Positions 8,878 through 20,311 of a stretch of DNA of 64,000 nucleotides are shown piece by piece; the first letter of the stretch is position 1; the number at the start of each line of letters is the position of its first letter. Made by a program: the position numbers and the translations under genes. Source of the DNA: Nitrospinaceae bacterium (GTDB taxonomy: Bacteria > Nitrospinota > Nitrospinia > Nitrospinales > Nitrospinaceae); the NCBI GenBank assembly GCA_965223665.1, contig OZ245011.1:512001-576000 (forward strand), given 5' to 3'. The notes below the pieces were generated by a model. The model did not search any database and was not told where the DNA came from. It saw only the letters and a list, made by a program, of their open reading frames with translations.

Positions 8878-10842
8878 ATGGTAGATAAAATATATAATCC
8901 CCCCTCCCGAATTCAAGAAGGAGCGTGGGTTAAAAATATGGAAGATTATCGTAAAATGTATGAAAAGTCTGTGGAAGATCCCGAAGATTTTTGGGATGAA
9001 CAGGCAGAAAACTTTGTTTGGTACAAAAAGTGGGAAAAGGTTAGAGACTTTAATTACGATACCCGAAAGGGAAAAGTCTTTGTTGAATGGTTTCGCGGAG
9101 CTAAAACTAATATTACTGTAAATTGTTTAGACAGGCATATTGAATCGAAAGGAGATCAAGTCGCAATTATTTGGGAAGGAAATGAGCCAGGCGACTCAAA
9201 GAATATTACATATAAGCAATTATTAGCTGAAGTTTGTAAATTTGCCAATGTTCTAAAGAAGCATGGAGTGAAAAAGGGTGACCGAGTTTCCATTTATTTA
9301 CCAATGGTTCCCGAACTGGCTATTGCAATGCTAGCTTGTGCCCGAATTGGGGCTATTCATTCAATCGTTTTTGGAGGATTTTCTCCTACGGCGTTGGGTG
9401 ACCGAATCGTAGATTCGTCTTGTTCGGTTCTGATAACCTCTGATGGTGCATATCGCGGAGCAAAAGATATTTCTTTAAAATCTAATGCCGATGAAGCTAT
9501 GGATTTGGCTAAAAATGAAGGTGTGGAAATAAAAGCTTGTATCGTAGTTAAACGAACGGGTACTGATATTCAAATGCAAACGGATCGTGATAGTTGGTGG
9601 AATGATGAAATGAAAAATGCTTCAGAGGAGTGTGATCCGGAAGTTTTGGATGCGGAGGACCCTTTGTTTATTCTCTATACATCGGGCTCTACAGGAAAAC
9701 CTAAAGGGGTTCAACATAACGTGGGTGGCTATATGATTTATACCGCACTCACTCATAAATATATATTCGATTATCATGATGGTGATATTTGGTGGTGTAC
9801 AGCAGATATCGGCTGGGTTACTGGACATTCATATATAATTTATGGTCCTTTGGCTAATGGGGCGACCACTCTTATGTTTGAAGGCATTCCTACCTATCCC
9901 GATGCAGGACGATTTTGGGATGTGGTAGACCGACATAAAGTGACTCAATTTTATACAGCTCCTACTGCAATCCGCGCACTTATGTCTCATGGGGAAGAAA
10001 TTCCGGCAAAATATAATTTATCTACTCTAAAAGTTTTAGGCTCCGTTGGGGAACCGATTAATCCAGAAGCTTGGCGTTGGTATTTTAAAAATATTGGGCG
10101 AGGTAATTGTCCAGTGGTGGACACGTGGTGGCAAACGGAAACGGGAGGTATTTTAATAACTCCACTACCAGGATGTACCCCATGTAAACCTGGTTCGGCA
10201 ACATTTCCATTTTTTGGTGTAAAACCGGTAGTCATTGAAGCTGAAACTGGAAAGGTGATTGAGGGTAATGGGGTGTCAGGAGTATTAGCTTTGGAAGAGA
10301 CTTGGCCCGGTCAAATGCGAACAGTTTATGGTGACCACGAGCGGTTTGAAGAAACCTACTTCAAATTATTTCCAGGCTATTACTTTACCGGAGACGGTTG
10401 CACGCGAGATGAAGATGGCTATTATTGGGTCACTGGAAGAGTGGATGATGTCATAAATGTATCAGGACATCGTATAGGAACAGCAGAGGTTGAATCGGCT
10501 TTAGTACTTCATAATAAAGTTGCGGAAGCTGCTGTAGTAGGTTTTCCACATGAAATTAAAGGGCAGGGGATTTATGCTTACACAACTTTAATGGACAATG
10601 TGGAATATACAGATGAACTCAAAAAAGAATTGATCCAATTTGTTAGAAAAGAAATTGGGGCAATCGCGACTCCGGATGTTATTCATTGGGCTCCAGGTCT
10701 ACCCAAAACTCGCTCAGGAAAAATAATGCGTCGTATTCTTCGAAAAATTGCCGCTGATGAAGCCGATCAACTAGGAGATGTTTCGACCCTTGCGGATCCT
10801 TCAGTGGTAGATCATTTAAAAGCTACCTATAAGAAAACTTAA
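8878..10842 (+). CDS. acs: Acetyl-CoA synthetase
   Basis: [21 protein letters not shown] and [11 protein letters not shown] motifs; 654 aa. Confidence 0.97.
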   Translation: MVDKIYNPPSRIQEGAWVKNMEDYRKMYEKSVEDPEDFWDEQAENFVWYKKWEKVRDFNYDTRKGKVFVEWFRGAKTNITVNCLDRHIESKGDQVAIIWEGNEPGDSKNITYKQLLAEVCKFANVLKKHGVKKGDRVSIYLPMVPELAIAMLACARIGAIHSIVFGGFSPTALGDRIVDSSCSVLITSDGAYRGAKDISLKSNADEAMDLAKNEGVEIKACIVVKRTGTDIQMQTDRDSWWNDEMKNASEECDPEVLDAEDPLFILYTSGSTGKPKGVQHNVGGYMIYTALTHKYIFDYHDGDIWWCTADIGWVTGHSYIIYGPLANGATTLMFEGIPTYPDAGRFWDVVDRHKVTQFYTAPTAIRALMSHGEEIPAKYNLSTLKVLGSVGEPINPEAWRWYFKNIGRGNCPVVDTWWQTETGGILITPLPGCTPCKPGSATFPFFGVKPVVIEAETGKVIEGNGVSGVLALEETWPGQMRTVYGDHERFEETYFKLFPGYYFTGDGCTRDEDGYYWVTGRVDDVINVSGHRIGTAEVESALVLHNKVAEAAVVGFPHEIKGQGIYAYTTLMDNVEYTDELKKELIQFVRKEIGAIATPDVIHWAPGLPKTRSGKIMRRILRKIAADEADQLGDVSTLADPSVVDHLKATYKKT

Positions 10843-10846
10843 TACT

Positions 10847-11586
10847 TTAATTAGAATTTTCAATTTTACCAATTATCTTTAATATCATTGGCCGAATTTC
10901 TTCATAAGTGGGTGGCTGTTTTCTATTGAAAAAACCATAGGTTTGATGACGAGAAGGGAAGTAGCCATCTAAATGATAGAGGCGCTCGTCTTCTTTTAAG
11001 TTTCCTAATTCTCGATCGATTTGATTGGTGTGCTCATAACTGCCTAAAGAAATTGTATAAGCTTTGTATCCTTTACTATCGGTTACAACAAATGAGTAAA
11101 ATATACTTTGTTGACTTTGTAATGGATCAAAATATTGAAAAGCAAAAACCTTCCGATTATTTACCAGAATTTGTTCACGACAATATCTATCCTTTTTTTT
11201 AAACTCTGGGTTTTTTGAATTTTTCCTATTGTTAAATAATATTTCTATCACTTGATCTCTTGACTTTCTGTCACCCAAAGCTTGATAAGTCTGTATGAGC
11301 TTTGCTAATACTCGCCAATCGTCTGGTTGTATTTTTTGATATCTTTTCCAATATCGGAGTGCTTCCTGATATTGAGAAACTTCTGTTGAAGTAATTCCAA
11401 GGTTCCAAAGAATTGCGGGATTGTTTGGAAAGGTTTCTAAAGCGTATTGTAATACCTGATTGCTTCTAAGTAATTTCCTTCTTGTTGATTCTTGATGCCT
11501 TGATTAAATGCTTCTTCAGGAGTTATGTGATTTTCTACGGAAACCTGAAATAAAAGAGAAAAAATTAATACAAAAGAGGAGGACAT
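10847..11586 (-). pseudogene. Secreted TPR-containing protein interrupted by a frameshift near 11460
   Basis: ATG 11586 gives MSSSFVLIFSLLFQ...EEAFNQGIKNQQEGNYLEA, which stops shortly afterwards. A one-base shift continues NQVLQYALETFPNNPAILWNLGITSTEVSQYQEALRYWKRY..., in frame with the 10847-11278 ORF. Confidence 0.75.
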
Positions 11587-11725
11587 TTCATATTTCCTTA
11601 TTGCAGGGTTGACAAATGAATAAGAAAAAACCTAATATCAAAAAATATCACCGACCTCATTCATTTTAAAAAGTATATTTCGAAAGCTAATTAGCTTCTT
11701 TATCTTGTTCATGTAAGAGAGATTC

Positions 11726-13033
11726 ATGTCTAAAAAAAAAGAACGCGGGTTACGGGAGTTATACGAACAGGATCCTGAAAGAGCAGATGCCGAAATTTGG
11801 GGAAGAAAACCGGAATCGCTTTCTCGAAGAGGGTTCTTGCGAAAATCTGGTTTGGCAGCCATGAGCCTTGCATTGGGTGCACATATTCCATTTTTCCGTA
11901 ACATGCCAGCTGGTTTTATACCTGCTGCATTGGCCGATCCCACCAATCAAAGGATAATTAAGGGAAAAGAAGGTTTAACAGTATTAAATGATAGGCCGTT
12001 GAATGCAGAACCCGCCCCACATCAATTAGATGATGATATCACACCAAAGGAAATTCATTTTGTTAGAAACAACGGGTTACTCCCAGAAAAAACAAAAGAT
12101 CCTGATAAATGGAAAATAACTATAGAAGGTGAAGTGCATAAAGCACTTAAAATTACACTCGGAGAATTGAAACAAAACTTTAAATCCCATTCCTTTGCTT
12201 TGCAAATGGAATGTGGAGGTAATGGTCGAGCGGGTTATTTTCCTTCCGCAAAAGGGAATCAATGGAAATTTGGAGCGGTAGGATGCTCCAAATATAAAGG
12301 GGTTCGTCTTAATGATGTTTTAACTGCTGCTGGTCTAAAGAACAATGCAACATTTACCGGTTATTATGGGGCCGATTCTCACCTTTCTGGGAATCCAGAA
12401 AAAGATTCTATTTCTCGAGGGACGCCAATTGAGAAAGCTCTGGAAGATCATACAATTATTGCCTGGGAAATGAATGGAGATCCACTTCCATTGCTGCACG
12501 GTTATCCAGTTCGATTGGTAACACCAGGTTGGCCAGGTTCTACATCTCCTAAATGGTTAAAGAAAATTTGGGTAAGGGATCGAGTTCATGATGGGCAAAA
12601 AATGGACAAATATCGAGTTCCTAGATTTCCGGTGAAACCAGGCTCAAAAGTTTCGATGGAAGATATGGAAATAATTGAGTCCATGCCCGTTAAATCGTTA
12701 ATAACTTTTCCAAAAACTGGAATTACCACAAAAGAGGGGAAAGTAATTTCAATTCGGGGCCATGCTTGGGCAGGCGAGCGATCTATTAAGGATGTTCACC
12801 TTTCTTATGATTTTGGAGCTACTTGGATTCATGCGATTCTAGAAAAACCAACCAATCGTTACGCCTGGCAACATTGGAACTTAAAGTTTCGTCTTCCCAG
12901 TAAAGGATATTTTGAAATTTGGGCACGTGCTACTGATAGCCAGGGAATTATGCAACCCATGGTTGTTCCAGGTTGGAATCCTTCTGGTTATATTAACAAT
13001 GCTATGCACCGAATTGCTGTTACGGTAGTGTGA
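11726..13033 (+). CDS. sorA: Tat-exported sulfite oxidase-family molybdoenzyme (SorA-like sulfite dehydrogenase)
   Basis: SRRGFL twin-arginine signal, HFVRNNG, ECGGNGR (Mo-ligating Cys), HGYPVRLVTPGW and WNPSGY. Confidence 0.8.
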   Translation: MSKKKERGLRELYEQDPERADAEIWGRKPESLSRRGFLRKSGLAAMSLALGAHIPFFRNMPAGFIPAALADPTNQRIIKGKEGLTVLNDRPLNAEPAPHQLDDDITPKEIHFVRNNGLLPEKTKDPDKWKITIEGEVHKALKITLGELKQNFKSHSFALQMECGGNGRAGYFPSAKGNQWKFGAVGCSKYKGVRLNDVLTAAGLKNNATFTGYYGADSHLSGNPEKDSISRGTPIEKALEDHTIIAWEMNGDPLPLLHGYPVRLVTPGWPGSTSPKWLKKIWVRDRVHDGQKMDKYRVPRFPVKPGSKVSMEDMEIIESMPVKSLITFPKTGITTKEGKVISIRGHAWAGERSIKDVHLSYDFGATWIHAILEKPTNRYAWQHWNLKFRLPSKGYFEIWARATDSQGIMQPMVVPGWNPSGYINNAMHRIAVTVV

Positions 13034-13398
13034 TGAAGTTAAGAATTTTTCTTTTATTGATTATTTTTATCATTTCAAAAGCATCACACTTGTCAGCTTC
13101 AGAGTTGGTATCCAACCTGCCAGAGGGGGAAGGAAGGGACTTGGTAATAGAAAATTGTACCGCATGTCATACAGCATCCATTATTAAACAAAATCGAATG
13201 AATCGTAAAGAATGGAATGAAACCATTGATTGGATGCAAAAAAATCAGGGGATGTGGGAGTTGGAAACTGCGGAGAGAAACATAATTTTAAACTACCTTG
13301 CCGGACACTTAGGGAAAAAGGAGAGTTCTTTGGGTTCTGAAGGGAATCAAAGGTCAAACCCAATGTATGAATTTCAGTATTTACCTAATCCACTTTGA
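13030..13398 (+). CDS. Monoheme cytochrome c, SorB-like partner
   Basis: Signal peptide, LPEGEGRDLV...CTACH; 4-bp overlap with the upstream gene. Confidence 0.8.
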   Translation: MMKLRIFLLLIIFIISKASHLSASELVSNLPEGEGRDLVIENCTACHTASIIKQNRMNRKEWNETIDWMQKNQGMWELETAERNIILNYLAGHLGKKESSLGSEGNQRSNPMYEFQYLPNPL

Positions 13399-13452
13399 TA
13401 CTTCAACTTCTTGTTAGAAATTTTTTAATTCTAAAGGAGTGCAATTTACGGG

Positions 13453-13487
13453 ATCATGGAGTTGATGTTTTCAACTCCATGATTTTT
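13453..13487 (+). terminator. Rho-independent terminator after the sorAB-like pair
   Basis: ATCATGGAGTTGA-TGTTT-TCAACTCCATGAT-TTTT, a perfect 13-bp stem. Confidence 0.85.
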
Positions 13488-13681
13488 CGCAAGGCGGCGA
13501 AAAGAGAAAGGCTTTCCTCCCTCCCCAAATGTATTGAGCTATTGATTCAAATTGAAAGATACATCACCAAATTTATCCTGTCAACGAAATAATTTGATTT
13601 ATTTTGACTTATGGCGTTTTCCCCAGTTTTATTCACAGTATATTCACAGGAGCTTTAAGTGGAATTACGATTTTAAGGGAC

Positions 13682-16018
13682 TTACATATTTTGCAGTGCT
13701 AAAAGTTGTTTTACTTTTCTTAAACCATTTTTAGCTTGGAAATCTAAGGGTTGATGATGAAGGGCTTTTTTAAAAGCGTGGCGAGATTCTATTAAGCGGT
13801 TAAGCTTCAAATATACTAAACCTAAACCTGTATGAACCTGTGGCCAATTGGGGTGGCGCTTTAATTCCTTTAAAAATGTATTCAAGGCTTCGTTGTATTT
13901 TTTTTGTTTGATTAAAACAAGACCCAATTTGGTTTGAGCGCTGGTTATTATATGAGTAGTCCTGTTATTTCCTACAAATTTTGCAGCTTCTTTAATAGGA
14001 GTTGCTTCTGGATTTCTTTTAATGCTTTTCTTTAAATAATCTTCTGCAAGTTTATAATTTTTAAGGATTAAATAGTTATAACCCAGTCCTTTCATTGCTT
14101 CAGAAGATCGAGGATATTTATGCAAAGCATATTTAAAATGTTCAACTGAGATATTATTTTTTCCCTTATGGTAATAGGCCCAGCCTAAATGATTATAAAT
14201 TTGCCAACCATAACGTTCCCGATCAATCAGTTCTCTAAATTGGTCCGAGTAAGCAATATCGGGTTCCAGTTCGGTGGCTTTTAAAAAATACTCAACTCCT
14301 AAATCTGGATCCTCAAATTTATAGTAAAGCCAACCTAAGGCCATATAGGCGGAGGATTGTTTTGGGAGACTTTTTACTTTTTCCAGGAAATAATGTTTTG
14401 AAGTTTTTGTATCCCAACTTAGAAGAACACTCCAATCCAACTCATGAGAAAAATCTTTTTGCTTAGGCTGTAACTGCTCTACTTGAATTAAATACTGGGT
14501 TGCTAAGTCATAGTTTCCAATATAAAAATTAGCTAAACCCAAACCTTTTATTCTCTCAAGGTTGTGTTTTTTTGAAGGGGAAAGCCGCTCAAAGTTTTGG
14601 ATAGCCAATTTATATTGTCCTTTTTCAATTTGGCTATATCCCAGTTTACTGTATGCTTTGGATAGGGAATTAGTTAAGATTGCTTCATGTTTATGGTCTT
14701 GGATGTATTCATAATATAGGTGTGAGGCTGTTTTGAAATTTCCCTCTGCAAAGGCCTTATCTGCCAATTCCAATCGATCAGAATCTGGAGCTTGAAGATG
14801 ATCAATTCCTTTTAAGGCATCTGGATCATTTGGGTTTCTCAATAGTGCTTTTTGAAAATACTCCGCAGCAGTTTCCGGATCGTTATTATCAAAATAAATC
14901 CAACCAAGCATACTCCAGGGATGTGACCATTCTGGATATTTTCTAATTAGTTTTTTATAAAGATTTTTGGATAAAGAGTATTTTCCCCAATCGTAATATC
15001 GTTTGGCTACAAGTGATTTGGTTTTCAAGACTTCATCTACACTTTTTAAACCTTGCTGTGCCCCAATAAATCCAGGATTTTGATCCAGAATTTCTAGGAA
15101 AAGTATTCTAGCTTCAATAAGCTCTTCATTTTTTAATAAGCACCAGGCTAAGCCATTTTTTGCATCCAATGTTTTTTGTTGTTCAGGGGGTAGACTTTGT
15201 ATTAAACGTAATGCCTTTTTGTATCTTTTTTGGTTATAGGCTTCCCAGGCTTTTTGGATTTTCAAACTTTTTTTGTGCTTCGGCAAAGTAAATAAAATGC
15301 TTCTATAACGAGGGGCTTCCGCCTCTGAAGCAAAAATCTTGATTGGGCTTTTCGGATTTTGGAAAGCATAATGTGGTTTGTAAGGTTGGTTATTCTCTGA
15401 TTTGGACCATTCATTAATAAGTTCATAAACATATTGAAAGGGATAGATTTGTTCTAGTTCAATTTTAGCCAAATCAAATTGTTTTAAAAAAAGATGGCTA
15501 TAGCTTATTCCCTTTGTTGCCTGGAAAGATTCTGTATTCAATGATTTTGCTTTTTTGAAACTAATAAGTGCTTTTTCATATGACTGTAGTGCCAAATAGC
15601 ACCATCCCATCCCGATTAAATATTTAGGGTTTCTTGGATATTTAGTATGAACCTTTTCGAAATTATTTAAGGCTTTGTCGAATTGATTTTGATTGAAAAA
15701 TATCCAGGGTAGAGTTTTTAGAGCAACTGGATTTTCGGGAGAGTGAATTAAGGTTTTTTTTATGTAAAACTCAGCTAAAGAATAATTTCCCGCATAATAT
15801 TGCTGGAGGCCAAATTCTAAGTCTTTCTTAGACTGCTTATTCAATACTTTTGGAGATGGTTTCTTTTTTTGAGGCCCATCTGGAAGACGATTGAGAACTA
15901 CGTTTTCAGGATTGACTTGTGATTTCTTAGAGAAACAACCCGTAATGACCAGAATTCCATACACTATTAAAAAATAGAACATTAAATTGCTTCGGAAATT
16001 CAATGGAAATCCCTTCAT
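13682..16018 (-). CDS. Multi-TPR protein, probable lipoprotein
   Basis: ITGC lipobox-like sequence and many TPR units (GMGWCY, GLAWCL, LGWIYF, LGWLYY, LGWAYY). Confidence 0.85.
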   Translation of the reverse strand: MKGFPLNFRSNLMFYFLIVYGILVITGCFSKKSQVNPENVVLNRLPDGPQKKKPSPKVLNKQSKKDLEFGLQQYYAGNYSLAEFYIKKTLIHSPENPVALKTLPWIFFNQNQFDKALNNFEKVHTKYPRNPKYLIGMGWCYLALQSYEKALISFKKAKSLNTESFQATKGISYSHLFLKQFDLAKIELEQIYPFQYVYELINEWSKSENNQPYKPHYAFQNPKSPIKIFASEAEAPRYRSILFTLPKHKKSLKIQKAWEAYNQKRYKKALRLIQSLPPEQQKTLDAKNGLAWCLLKNEELIEARILFLEILDQNPGFIGAQQGLKSVDEVLKTKSLVAKRYYDWGKYSLSKNLYKKLIRKYPEWSHPWSMLGWIYFDNNDPETAAEYFQKALLRNPNDPDALKGIDHLQAPDSDRLELADKAFAEGNFKTASHLYYEYIQDHKHEAILTNSLSKAYSKLGYSQIEKGQYKLAIQNFERLSPSKKHNLERIKGLGLANFYIGNYDLATQYLIQVEQLQPKQKDFSHELDWSVLLSWDTKTSKHYFLEKVKSLPKQSSAYMALGWLYYKFEDPDLGVEYFLKATELEPDIAYSDQFRELIDRERYGWQIYNHLGWAYYHKGKNNISVEHFKYALHKYPRSSEAMKGLGYNYLILKNYKLAEDYLKKSIKRNPEATPIKEAAKFVGNNRTTHIITSAQTKLGLVLIKQKKYNEALNTFLKELKRHPNWPQVHTGLGLVYLKLNRLIESRHAFKKALHHQPLDFQAKNGLRKVKQLLALQNM

Positions 16019-16174
16019 GAAATAATTGGTTTAAAGGTTTATTATCGGCAATATTTGCCTAAATTTTAGGGTTTTTCTTAGAAGTGGGGTGTGGATATTT
16101 TGAAAGAAAAATTTTTAGCGGATTGTGATTGAATAAGGTATTATTCCCTTTTTCACGATTATTTGACAGGAATT

Positions 16175-17068
16175 ATGAAACTTCTAAATATAGCTTTTTT
16201 AATATTGGGGATTTTCTTATTTGGGTGTGAGGGCAAAGATGTTTCTGTGCAAAAGAAAACAGCACCCTTAATATCTGAAATTGAGAAGGAAACGACCCTT
16301 TCAGAATCAGAAACAGAAAAATTAGAATCCAAAAAGCCTGCAGAACTAACTCCTGAGCAAAAGCAAAAAGCCGCCCTGGCCCCTGAAGGGATGGTTTTTA
16401 TAAAAGGAGGATGTTTTCAAATGGGTAACAATCAGGCACAGGAAGATGAAAAATGGGAACACGAAGTCTGTTTGGATGATTTTTATTTAGATAAATATGA
16501 AGTTACCCAAGCCAGATGGTCGAAAATAATGGGTTTTAACCCATCCAAATTTATTGGCGACAATCTTCCGGTTGAACAAGTGAGTTTTGATGATACCCAG
16601 GAGTTTATAAAAAAATCAGGAGGTAATTGTCGTCTTCCAACAGAAGCCGAATGGGAATATGCTGCCCGAGCAGGTGCCGACACTCGCTATTACTGGGGAA
16701 ATTTGATGGATGGTTCTTTTGCCTGGTTTGAAGATAACTCTGAAAAAAAGACTCATCCGGTAGGGAAAAAGAAACCTAATGATTTTGGGCTTTATGACAT
16801 GATGGGTAATGTATGGGAATGGACTTCGGATTGGTATGAGCTCCTATATTCAAAAGAAAAACAAATCAATCCTAAAGGTCCTCAAAAAGGTGAGAATAAA
16901 GTGATTCGAGGTGGATCTTTCATTTCTTCTGCAGGGGCGTTAAGAATAACCAACCGCACATGGCTCCATCCGGCAAACCGGGTTTATACGAAGATTACAA
17001 GTTATGCCGGAATTTCTAACGAGATTTTCAACTATGTTGGGTTTCGATGTGCAAAGTCAGCAAAATAA
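16175..17068 (+). CDS. FGE-sulfatase (SUMF1-like) domain lipoprotein
   Basis: LFGC lipobox, RLPTEAEWEYAAR, GLYDMMGNVWEW and GFRC. The catalytic FGE cysteines are absent (RGGSFISS). Confidence 0.88.
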   Translation: MKLLNIAFLILGIFLFGCEGKDVSVQKKTAPLISEIEKETTLSESETEKLESKKPAELTPEQKQKAALAPEGMVFIKGGCFQMGNNQAQEDEKWEHEVCLDDFYLDKYEVTQARWSKIMGFNPSKFIGDNLPVEQVSFDDTQEFIKKSGGNCRLPTEAEWEYAARAGADTRYYWGNLMDGSFAWFEDNSEKKTHPVGKKKPNDFGLYDMMGNVWEWTSDWYELLYSKEKQINPKGPQKGENKVIRGGSFISSAGALRITNRTWLHPANRVYTKITSYAGISNEIFNYVGFRCAKSAK

Positions 17069-17112
17069 AAAATAAACGCTCTCAATTAATGAAAAGAAAT
17101 AGAATATTTTGT

Positions 17113-17547
17113 TTAAAGATCTTGGCAATCTTTACAGACTCCAAACAGATCTAATTTGTGAGAGGTCATTTTAAACTCATGCTCTGAAGCAACTTTTTCC
17201 TGGAGCTTTTCAATCATTTGATTATGAAACTCTATTATTTTCCCACACTTTGTGCAGATCATGTGATCGTGATGACCGTGTAAATATTTATGCTCATAAC
17301 GTTTTTGACCGTCACCGAAATCCAATTCTGAAGCTAGACCGCTTTCAGTAAGTAAAGAAAGAGTTCTATAAACCGTAGCCAAACCTATTTTAGGTTCTTT
17401 ATCTGAAACAATTCGGTACAAATCCTCAGCGCTGACATGGTCCTCGATTCCAAGGAACGCCTCTAATACGGCTCGTCTTTGTTTAGTGACTTTCAGTTTA
17501 TGTTGAGAGATATAGCTCTCTAAAATTTCTTGTTCTTTACTTGGCAT
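17113..17547 (-). CDS. fur: Fur-family transcriptional regulator
   Basis: GLATVYRTL, HHDHMICTKCG and C-terminal CKDC. Confidence 0.92.
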   Translation of the reverse strand: MPSKEQEILESYISQHKLKVTKQRRAVLEAFLGIEDHVSAEDLYRIVSDKEPKIGLATVYRTLSLLTESGLASELDFGDGQKRYEHKYLHGHHDHMICTKCGKIIEFHNQMIEKLQEKVASEHEFKMTSHKLDLFGVCKDCQDL

Positions 17548-17570
17548 GATTTATTCCCAAAATTTATAGA

Positions 17571-17599
17571 AATCTAACATTTCACATTTCTGGAGTCAA
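17571..17599 (-). promoter_or_regulatory. Candidate sigma70 promoter of fur
   Basis: TTGACT-N17-TAGATT with an extended TG, just upstream of the ATG. Confidence 0.55.
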
Positions 17600-17636
17600 A
17601 TCTACATTAAGGAGATTAAGTCAGGAATAGACCGGA

Positions 17637-18899
17637 TTATTTTATATGAATTTCCATTTCAGAAACCAAAGTTTCTGCATTAATTTCTGTTTGGCTACCT
17701 TCATCCATATTTTTTAATACATATTTACCACTGGTAACTTCATTTTCCCCAATTATAAGAACGAATCGACTATTCATTTTATTTGCTTTTCGCATTTGGC
17801 TTTTCAGGCTACCTCCGGTAATTTCTCTTTCTACTTTGAGCCCGGATGCTCTTAATTGGTGGATTAAGGGGAATGAAATTTTATTGGCTGCTTCCCCAAG
17901 AATTACTACGAAAATATCTGGCCTATTTTGAAAATTAACAAAAGCTTTTTCAGGAATTATTGAAATGAGACGCTCCATTCCTACTGCAAATCCAAAACAC
18001 GGAGTTTCAGGTCCATCAAACTCTTTAACTAGACTGTCATAGCGTCCACCACCACAAACTGCATTTTGCGATCCTAACCCTTCGTGGGCAATTACTTCAA
18101 AAGTTGTTTTTGTATAGTAGTCTAAACCACGTACCAATTGCCCATTTACTGTATAACGTGTCTCAATGGAATCTAATAATTCTTTAACTAAATTAAAGTC
18201 TTCTTTACATTGATCGCATAAATGGTCTTTAGTTTGAGGCAATGTTTTTGCGATTTCTCGGTCTCGTTCCACCTTACAATCAAGTACCCGTAAAGGATTT
18301 CTTTCATATCGTTGGTTGCAATTAGGGCAAAGCTCATCCAAATGTTTTTTAATGGAATCTTTTAAAATATCCCGATATTGGGGTCGGCAGTTTTTGCAGC
18401 CCAAAGAATTGATTTGAAGTTCTAATTGATCTAACCCTAATGCTTTGAATAATTCTATTAGCATGGACATTACTTCAACATCAATGGTTGGACTTGCGGA
18501 ACCCATCGCCTCCACCCCGATTTGGTAAAACTGGCGAAATCGGCCCGCTTGAGGTCTTTCATATCGAAACATGGGACCTAAGTAATAAAGCTTGGTAATC
18601 TGTCCTGGGCCATACATTTTATGCTCAATAAATGAACGAACTACCGAGGCTGTTCCTTCAGGACGTAAAGTAATTTCTTCTCCCCCTCTATCCTTAAAGG
18701 TGTACATTTCTTTTTCTACAATATCTGTTGTTTCACCGATGCTTCTTTTGAATAAATTTGTGCTTTCAAAAATAGGCAGACGAATTTCCTGGAAACCGTA
18801 GCGGGGAAATATTCTTCGCAAGGTTGATTCGACCCATTGCCATTTTTCAACCTCTCCTGGAAGGATATCTTTGACTCCACGAATACTTTTAAATTTCAT
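17637..18899 (-). CDS. hisS: Histidyl-tRNA synthetase
   Basis: LRPEGTASVVR, FRYERPQAGRFRQF, LVRGLDYY and GGGRYD. Confidence 0.97.
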   Translation of the reverse strand: MKFKSIRGVKDILPGEVEKWQWVESTLRRIFPRYGFQEIRLPIFESTNLFKRSIGETTDIVEKEMYTFKDRGGEEITLRPEGTASVVRSFIEHKMYGPGQITKLYYLGPMFRYERPQAGRFRQFYQIGVEAMGSASPTIDVEVMSMLIELFKALGLDQLELQINSLGCKNCRPQYRDILKDSIKKHLDELCPNCNQRYERNPLRVLDCKVERDREIAKTLPQTKDHLCDQCKEDFNLVKELLDSIETRYTVNGQLVRGLDYYTKTTFEVIAHEGLGSQNAVCGGGRYDSLVKEFDGPETPCFGFAVGMERLISIIPEKAFVNFQNRPDIFVVILGEAANKISFPLIHQLRASGLKVEREITGGSLKSQMRKANKMNSRFVLIIGENEVTSGKYVLKNMDEGSQTEINAETLVSEMEIHIK

Positions 18900-18932
18900 A
18901 GGGGTTGGGTGTTAGAGAATTGAAATTATAAA

Positions 18933-19922
18933 TTATTTTAGAAATCGTTCCATAAGTTGAATTTCACTGGTGCTACCAATAAAAAGTGGAACTCTTTGAT
19001 GTATTTCTTTTGGGGTAATTTCCAGCATTCGCTGCTTTCCATTTGAGGCGCGACCTCCCGCATTTTCAACAATAAAGGCCAAAGGTGCAGCCTCAAAAGC
19101 AAACCTTAACTTACCATTTGGATTATTTTTATCTCCGGGATACATAAAAATTCCACCTTTAAGTAGGGTTCTATGAAAATCGGAAACTAGAGATCCTATA
19201 TAGCGAAGCTTGTAGGGACGCTTGGTACTTTTATCGCTTTCCTTAAGGTAACGAATTAAGTTTTGCTGATTATCATCCCAATTTTGCTTATTCCCTTCAT
19301 TTGCACTGTAAGTGCTACCGGATTGTGGAATTTTGATATTTGGGTGTGAAAGGAAAAATTCTCCCAAAGCTGGGTCTAATGTAAAACCATGGACACCGCT
19401 TCCGGAGGAATAAATAAACATGGTACTTGGCCCATAAACGATGTAGCCCGCCGCTACTTGTTGATCTCCCTTTTGTAGAATATCTTCTTCACGAACATCA
19501 GTTCCATCGCTTTTCTTTCGGTAAATGGAAAATATGGTACCAATGCTAACATTTACGTCTATATTTGAAGAACCGTCCAAGGGATCCATCATAAAAATGT
19601 ACTTACCTGCGCGATCGGGAGGAATAATAATAGGTTTTTCATTTTCCTCCGAAGTTATTGCACATATATTTCCAGATTCCCCCACAATTTTTATGAAAAT
19701 TTCATTTGCGTATTCATCCAATTTTTGTACTTCTTCTCCCTGCACGTTGACATGGCCAGTGAGTCCTAATATATCGGCCCCAATCCCAGCTTGATTTACC
19801 TGGAGAGAAACAAATTTTGCGGCTACGAGAATTTCTGTCATTAGACTAGTAAATTCACCTGTGGCACCTTCTGCAAGTTTTTCCTGCTTTCGAATGAATT
19901 GAACTAAGGTGGTCTTATCCAT
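18933..19922 (-). CDS. fbp: Class I fructose-1,6-bisphosphatase
   Basis: DPLDGSSNIDVNVSIGTIFSIY, RYIGSLVSDFHRTLLKGGIFMYP and GKLR. Confidence 0.95.
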   Translation of the reverse strand: MDKTTLVQFIRKQEKLAEGATGEFTSLMTEILVAAKFVSLQVNQAGIGADILGLTGHVNVQGEEVQKLDEYANEIFIKIVGESGNICAITSEENEKPIIIPPDRAGKYIFMMDPLDGSSNIDVNVSIGTIFSIYRKKSDGTDVREEDILQKGDQQVAAGYIVYGPSTMFIYSSGSGVHGFTLDPALGEFFLSHPNIKIPQSGSTYSANEGNKQNWDDNQQNLIRYLKESDKSTKRPYKLRYIGSLVSDFHRTLLKGGIFMYPGDKNNPNGKLRFAFEAAPLAFIVENAGGRASNGKQRMLEITPKEIHQRVPLFIGSTSEIQLMERFLK

Positions 19923-20311
19923 TTAAATTCTTTCTTGAACAATAGGTTGAGAATTTAGATATATACATTAAATCCGGGCCGGATTGTACCTGATTTAGTT
20001 TAATTCGGCAATGGGGGTAAATCCTAGGTGAATATGGGGGTAAAAGGTAGACTTTACTATTTTTTCTAGAATGATCCGAACATTTAATATCTTATTGACC
20101 GGTATCTGTCATTGGGGTAAGTTAATTTCGGAAAATTATTTTAGGTATTTTGCAAAATTCAAATCTCCTCATTTCTATTTTGGTTGTGTATGATTAACCA
20201 GACTCATTTTTTCTTTCAATAATTCTCAAAGATAACTATTTCATTTCATTTAATTTGCAGAAAATCGAATGATGGTTCAATCCCTTTTCCTGAAGGGTAG
20301 ATAGCAAAAAA

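Noticed and set aside
13395-13734. Short ORFs 13395-13592 and 13552-13734
   Set aside because: They span the terminator and intergenic gap between convergent genes and have no protein-like features.
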